Assembly: GCA_964016885.1 (NCBI GenBank)
Contig: OZ024759.1
Coordinates: 19,902,001 to 19,966,000, forward strand
DNA: 64,000 nt
Reading direction: 5' to 3'
Source of the DNA: Eledone cirrhosa
Lineage: Eukaryota
Both the position numbers and the translations under genes were made by a program. Shown in pieces: positions 58,680 through 64,000 of the stretch. A model generated the notes under the pieces. It was not told where the DNA came from and did no database searches. It saw only the letters and a program-made list of their open reading frames with translations. The stretch's first letter is position 1. Every line of letters begins with the position of its first letter.

Positions 58680-59519
58680 CTCCTTCATCCCCCACACACA
58701 CGAAGAATTCCCTAGCCCCACGCATATACCGCCATTCTAATTAGCTGCAGTTGCCATATCTTTTGCACATGTTTATCATTAGATCGCAGATGCACTGCTC
58801 ATGCACAGAAGTGCACACATTTTCACCTCCTTATCTCCCCTAGTTCCCCCACAATCTGTATAACACCACCACCACCACCACCACCACCACCACCAGCACC
58901 ACACCACTAGCACCACCACAGCACCACCAGCACCAGCACCACCACCAGCACCACCACTAGCACCACCACCACCAGCAGCACCACACCACTAGCACCACAC
59001 CACCACCAGCACCACCACTAGCACCACACCATCACCAGCACCACCAGCAGCACCACACCACTAGCAGCACCACACCACTAGCACCACACCACCACCAGCA
59101 CCACCACTAGCACCACATCACCACCAGCACCACACCACCAGCAGCACCACACCACCAGCACCACCACACCACCACCACCACCAGCACCACACCACCACCA
59201 CACCACCACCAGCACCACACCAGCACCACCACACCACCACCACCACCAGCACCACACCACCACCACACCACCACCAGCACCACACCAGCACCACCACCAT
59301 ACAAAAGCTGCAACCCTCCAACACCTCATAGCAGCATTACCACAACCATCTCATATTTCATCATCTCATACCACCAACACTACTACTACCAAAAGAGGTC
59401 TCACCTTAACCATCACCAGCAACAAATACGGATTTTCTTTCTCTTCTAAGATTAGGGGGTTAGTCTTGGAGGTGGCCCCCAAGACAAGTTTCTCAATTAT
59501 GTCCTATCACCTATATCCG

Positions 59520-61345
59520 CATCATTATCAATTCACTGGCTTTCATTTCCTCTTCCACCATATTTAGCCATGTCTTTCTTGGTCTCCTTCTTCCTCTCTA
59601 CTTCCTTCCACATTTATTTATTTCAATCGTTCCTCCGCTCACTCGGACATTTTCTTTATACTTTCCCTCACACCCAGTCACTTTCAGCCTTCCTCAACAC
59701 ATGACCCAACCATCTCATTCCATATCTCTTCACAACAACCATCACTGACTCTATTCCTCTCACCCAGTCACTTTCATCCTTCCTCAACACATGACCCAAC
59801 CATCTCATTCCATATCTCTTCACAACAACCATCACTGACTCTATTCCTCTCACCCAGTCACTTTCATCCTTCCTCAACACATGACCCAACCATCTCATTC
59901 CTCATCTCTTCACAACAACCATTGGTGTCTCTATTCCTCTCACCCAGTCACTTTCAGCCTTCCTCAACACATGACCCAACCATCTAATTCCTTATCTCTT
60001 CACAACAACCATCGGTGTCTCTATTCCTCTCACCCAGTCACTTTCAGCCTTCCTCAACACATGACCCAACCATCTCATTCCTTATCTCTTCACAACAACC
60101 ATCGGTGTCTCTATTCCTCTCACCCAGTCACTTTCAGCCTTCCTCAACACATGACCCAACCATCTCATTCCATATCTCTTCACAACAACCATCACTGGCT
60201 CTATTCCTCTCACCCAGTCACTTTCAGCCTTCCTCAACACATGACCCAACCATCTCATTCCTTATCTCTTCACAACAACCATCACTGACTCTATTCCTCT
60301 CCCCCAGTCACTTTCATCCTTCCTCAACACATGACCCAACCATCTCATTCGATATCTCTTCACAACATCCATCACTGACTCTATTCGTCTCACCCAGTCA
60401 CTTTCAGCCTTCCTCAACACATGACCCAACCATCTCATTCCATATCTCTTCACAACAACCATCACTGGCTCTATTCCTCTGCCCCAGTCACTTTCAGCCT
60501 TCCTCAACACATGACCCAACCATCTCATTCCTTATCTCTTCACAACAACCATCACTGACTCTATTCCTCTCCCCCAGTCACTTTCATCCTTCCTCAACAC
60601 ATGACCCAACCATCTCATTCCTTATCTCTTCACAACAACCATCGGTGTCTCTATTCCTCTCACCCAGTCACTTTCAGCCTTCCTCAACACATGACCCAAC
60701 CATCTCATTCGATATCTCTTCACAACATCCATCACTGACTCTATTCCTCTCACCCAGTCACTTTCAGCCTTCCTCAACACATGACCCAACCATCTCATTC
60801 CTTATCTCTTCACAACAACCATCGGTGTCTCTATTCCTCTCCCCCAGTCACTTTCAGCCTTCCTCAACACATGACCCAACCATCTCATTCCTTATCTCTT
60901 CACAACAACCATTGGTGTCTCTATTCCTCTCCCCCAGTCACTTTCATCCTTCCTCAACACATGACCCAACCATCTCATTCCTTATCTCTTCACAACAACC
61001 ATCGGTGTCTCTATTCCTCTCACCCAGTCACTTTCAGCCTTCCTCAACACATGACCCAACCATCTCATTCCATATCTCTTCACAACAACCATCACTGGCT
61101 CTATTCCTCTCACCCAGTCACTTTCAGCCTTCCTCAACACATGACCCAACCATCTCATTCGATATCTCTTCACAACATCCATCACTGACTCTATTCGTCT
61201 CACCCAGTCACTTTCAGCCTTCCTCAACACATGACCCAACCATCTCATTCCATATCTCTTCACAACAACCATCACTGGCTCTATTCCTCTCACCCAGTCA
61301 CTTTCAGCCTTCCTCAACACATGACCCAACCATCTCATTCCATAT
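59520..61345 (-). repeat. 90-bp minisatellite (about 18.6 units, 59669-61345) derived from RTE LINE coding sequence, with the LINE continuation at 59520-59668
   Basis: Unit translates MRWLGHVLRKAESDWVRGIEPVMVVVKRYG; the flank encodes RGRRRPRKTWLNMVEEEMK. Confidence 0.88.
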
Positions 61346-61395
61346 CAACATCAACCTCATCATCGTTTAATAATAATAAAAATAATAATAATAAT

Positions 61396-61617
61396 AATGG
61401 TTTCTTATATAGGCACAAGGCCAGCAATTTTGGGGGAGGGGAAAGTCGATTAAATCGACCCCAGTACATTACTGGTACTTTATTTTATCGACCCCCGTAA
61501 GGATGAAGGGCAAAGTTAACCTCGGCGGGATTTGAACTCAGAATGGCAAGGGCCGTAACTCCATGCTGCAAAGCATGGTGTCCGACTCTCTACCGATACT
61601 GCCAATCCACCGCCCTC
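61396..61617 (-). mobile_element. Nin/Deu-like tRNA SINE
   Basis: Match to the 3753 family. Confidence 0.85.
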
Positions 61618-62100
61618 AGTAATGTTAATAATAGTAGATGTGATGACATTGCTAGCGATGGTGGTGGTGGTGTTGATGGTGGTGGTATCAGTAGAGGTGT
61701 GGTGGTGGTAGTGGTGGTTGTAGTAGTGGATGTTGAAATTGTAGCAGTAGTGGTGGTGGTGATGGAAGTGGTGGTGATGGTGGTGGTAGTGGTGGTGGTG
61801 GTGGTGGCAGTGGTTGTTGAACATGTGGTGGTAGTGATGGTGGTAGTGATGGTGGAGATGGTGGTGGTGGTGGTGGTAGTGGTGGTGGCAGCAATATTTT
61901 GTGACAATAAAATGATTTGGAAAATTACATTATAAAATATTGCTAGAATGATGGACGCTGAAGAAATAATAAATATGTTTGTATGTGCATACACACATAT
62001 ATGTGTGTACGTCTGTATGTATATATATATATATATAAATGTATGTATGTATATATATGTATGTATATGTAGGTATGTGTATATGCATATATATGTATAT

Positions 62101-62422
62101 CATCATCATCATACGTCCACTTTTCCCTGCTTGCAAGGGAAGGACGGGAACTGATTCTGGCTTGATTTCTACAGCTGGATGCCCTTCCTAACACCAACCT
62201 CATTTACAGTGAGTGCTGGGTGCTTTTATGCCGTGGCACCTCCACGACCACTTTGCAGGGGAATGATAGGGACTCCAGTCCTATCATCTCATTTCTACAA
62301 CTGAGTAAACTGGAGCAATGTGAAATAAAGTGTCTTGCTCAAGGTAACAACACATCACCCGGTCTGAGAATTGAGCTCACAACCTTTCGATTGCAAGGCC
62401 AATGCTCTAACCACTAAGCCAT
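62101..62422 (-). mobile_element. tRNA/CORE-like/V-like SINE with RTE tail
   Basis: Copy of 23296-23650. Confidence 0.88.
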
Positions 62423-62423
62423 G

Positions 62424-62456
<33 letters not shown>

Positions 62457-62490
62457 GTATATATGCATGTATGTATATATATATATGTTA

Positions 62491-63100
62491 TGTCAGGTCA
62501 CCAGTTGGTGCTACTGGTAACATGTATCCCAGTACAACCTGTCTCATGGTCGGGTCGTTGGCGACTAAACTGGCAACCCCACCAAGGTTTCTTGGTGAGG
62601 AGGGTGACTTTGGACATCCTGCAGGACTAAAAACAAAACCTGTCAAAGGTCAAAGGAGCTCTTAAGAGTCAATGGCCATCCAAAATCACCGGGAGAGATG
62701 ACCCCTTAGCCTTAGTCAAGGTAGAATTCTAGGAGAAGGAAAACTCTGATATAACACCTGCAACCCTGATGGTATCCAATGATGTTGACTTGTTCTTCTT
62801 TTTGGTAAATATCATCTTGGTTAAGAGAGTGGGACTGGCTTTGTGCAGTGCCTTTGCTCACTATAAAAGCTTCACGGCACAGGCATTGCTTTATATCTGG
62901 AGATCTCTCTGCATTTGTCGTCACATGGTACCATGGGCCCAGCACTATGTGTCAATAATTGTCACAAGTGTAGTGTTTGTACCAGAGTTTTGAAGTCGCT
63001 GGTTAGACTAAAAAGTCACACTCGTTCAGCGTATCGGTAGGGGTTCTCCTACATGGATATAAAGTAGTGGCCGTACTCGAAAACGAGTTAGCAGCCACCA
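62491..63100 (+). mobile_element. About 610-bp bipartite non-autonomous RTE-derived element, copy 1
   Basis: RTE-type 5' UTR motif ctaggagaaggaaaactctga joined to a 3' end encoding a C2H2 finger (with an in-frame stop in this copy); (TA)n tail. Confidence 0.7.
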
Positions 63101-63174
63101 TATATATATATGTATGTATATACATTTATATATATATGTATATATGCATGTATGTATGTGTATATATATATATA

Positions 63175-63786
63175 TGTCAGGTCACCAGTTGGTGATACTG
63201 GTAACATGTATCTCAGTACAACCCGTCTCATGGTCGGGTCGTTGGCGACTAAACTGGCAACCCCACCAAGGTTCCTTGGTGAGGAGGGTGACTTTGGACA
63301 TCCTGCAGGACTAAAAACAAAACCTGTCAAAGGGCAAAGAAGCTCTTAAGAGTCGATGGCCATCCAAAATCACCGGGAGAGATGACCCCTTAGCCTTTGT
63401 CAAGTCAGGATTCTAGGAGAAGGAAAACTCTGATATAACACCTGCAGCCCTCATGGTATCCAATGATGTTGACTTGTTCTTCTTTTCGGTAAATATCATC
63501 TTGGTTAAGAGAGTGGGACTGGCTTTGTGCAGTGCCTTTGCTCACTATAAAAGCTTCACGGCACAGGCATTGCTTTATATCTGGAGATCTCTCTGCACTT
63601 GTCATCACATGGTACCATGGGCCCAGCACAATGTGTCAATAATTGTCACAAGTGTAGTGTTTGTACCAGAGTTTTCAAGTCGCTGGCTGGACTAAAAAGT
63701 CACATTCGTTCAGCGCATCGGTAGGGGTTCTCCTACATTGGATATAAAGTAATAGCCGTACTCGAAAACGAGTTGGCAGCCACCAT
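63175..63786 (+). mobile_element. About 610-bp bipartite non-autonomous RTE-derived element, copy 2
   Basis: Tandem diverged copy; 63653-63724 encodes [23 protein letters not shown]. Confidence 0.7.
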
Positions 63787-63789
63787 ATA

Positions 63790-63822
<33 letters not shown>

Positions 63823-63837
63823 GTATATATGCATGTA

Positions 63838-63894
<57 letters not shown>

Positions 63895-64000
63895 GTATAT
63901 ATGCATGTATGTGTGCGTCCAAACTATGCAAACATGCAACAACAGACAAAAAATGATGATGATGAAAAATTATAAATGAAACGTTAGAGAGATAGAAAGA

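Noticed and set aside
60015-61370. 451-aa Ser/Pro-rich ORF
   Set aside because: Antisense read-through of the RTE-derived 90-bp minisatellite
62491-62580. HDV-like ribozyme at the 5' end of the RTE-derived element
   Set aside because: A P4-like hairpin and CUAA-ACUGG are suggestive, but I could not assign P1, P3 or L3 by eye; needs a covariance-model search

Overview
AT-rich, extremely repeat-dense eukaryotic DNA. The SINE repertoire (tRNA/CORE-like, Nin/Deu-like and V-like domains with RTE-type tails) and long (TA)n/(CA)n/(GGT)n tracts point to a cephalopod, most likely an octopus (inference). Nearly all supplied ORFs are artefacts of simple repeats. Real coding remnants are limited to 5'-truncated LINE fragments (RTE and L1/Tx1-like), plus possibly two spliced host exons on the minus strand. 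The main hidden signal is an unusually dense set of type I hammerhead ribozyme (HHR) motifs: about 15 near-complete motifs from at least 6 sequence families, several with compensatory stem changes between copies. They include a 483-bp head-to-tail repeat with one HHR per unit (retrozyme/Penelope-like, predicting a ~483-nt monomer or circular RNA) and a perfect 336-bp palindrome carrying an HHR on each strand. Also present: a piggyBac-like MITE inflated by a 72-bp minisatellite and nested in a SINE, a 90-bp minisatellite built from RTE coding sequence, bipartite RTE-derived elements, a non-autonomous Helitron and duplicated U2 snRNA fragments. All structures were read by eye; no folding program or database search was run.
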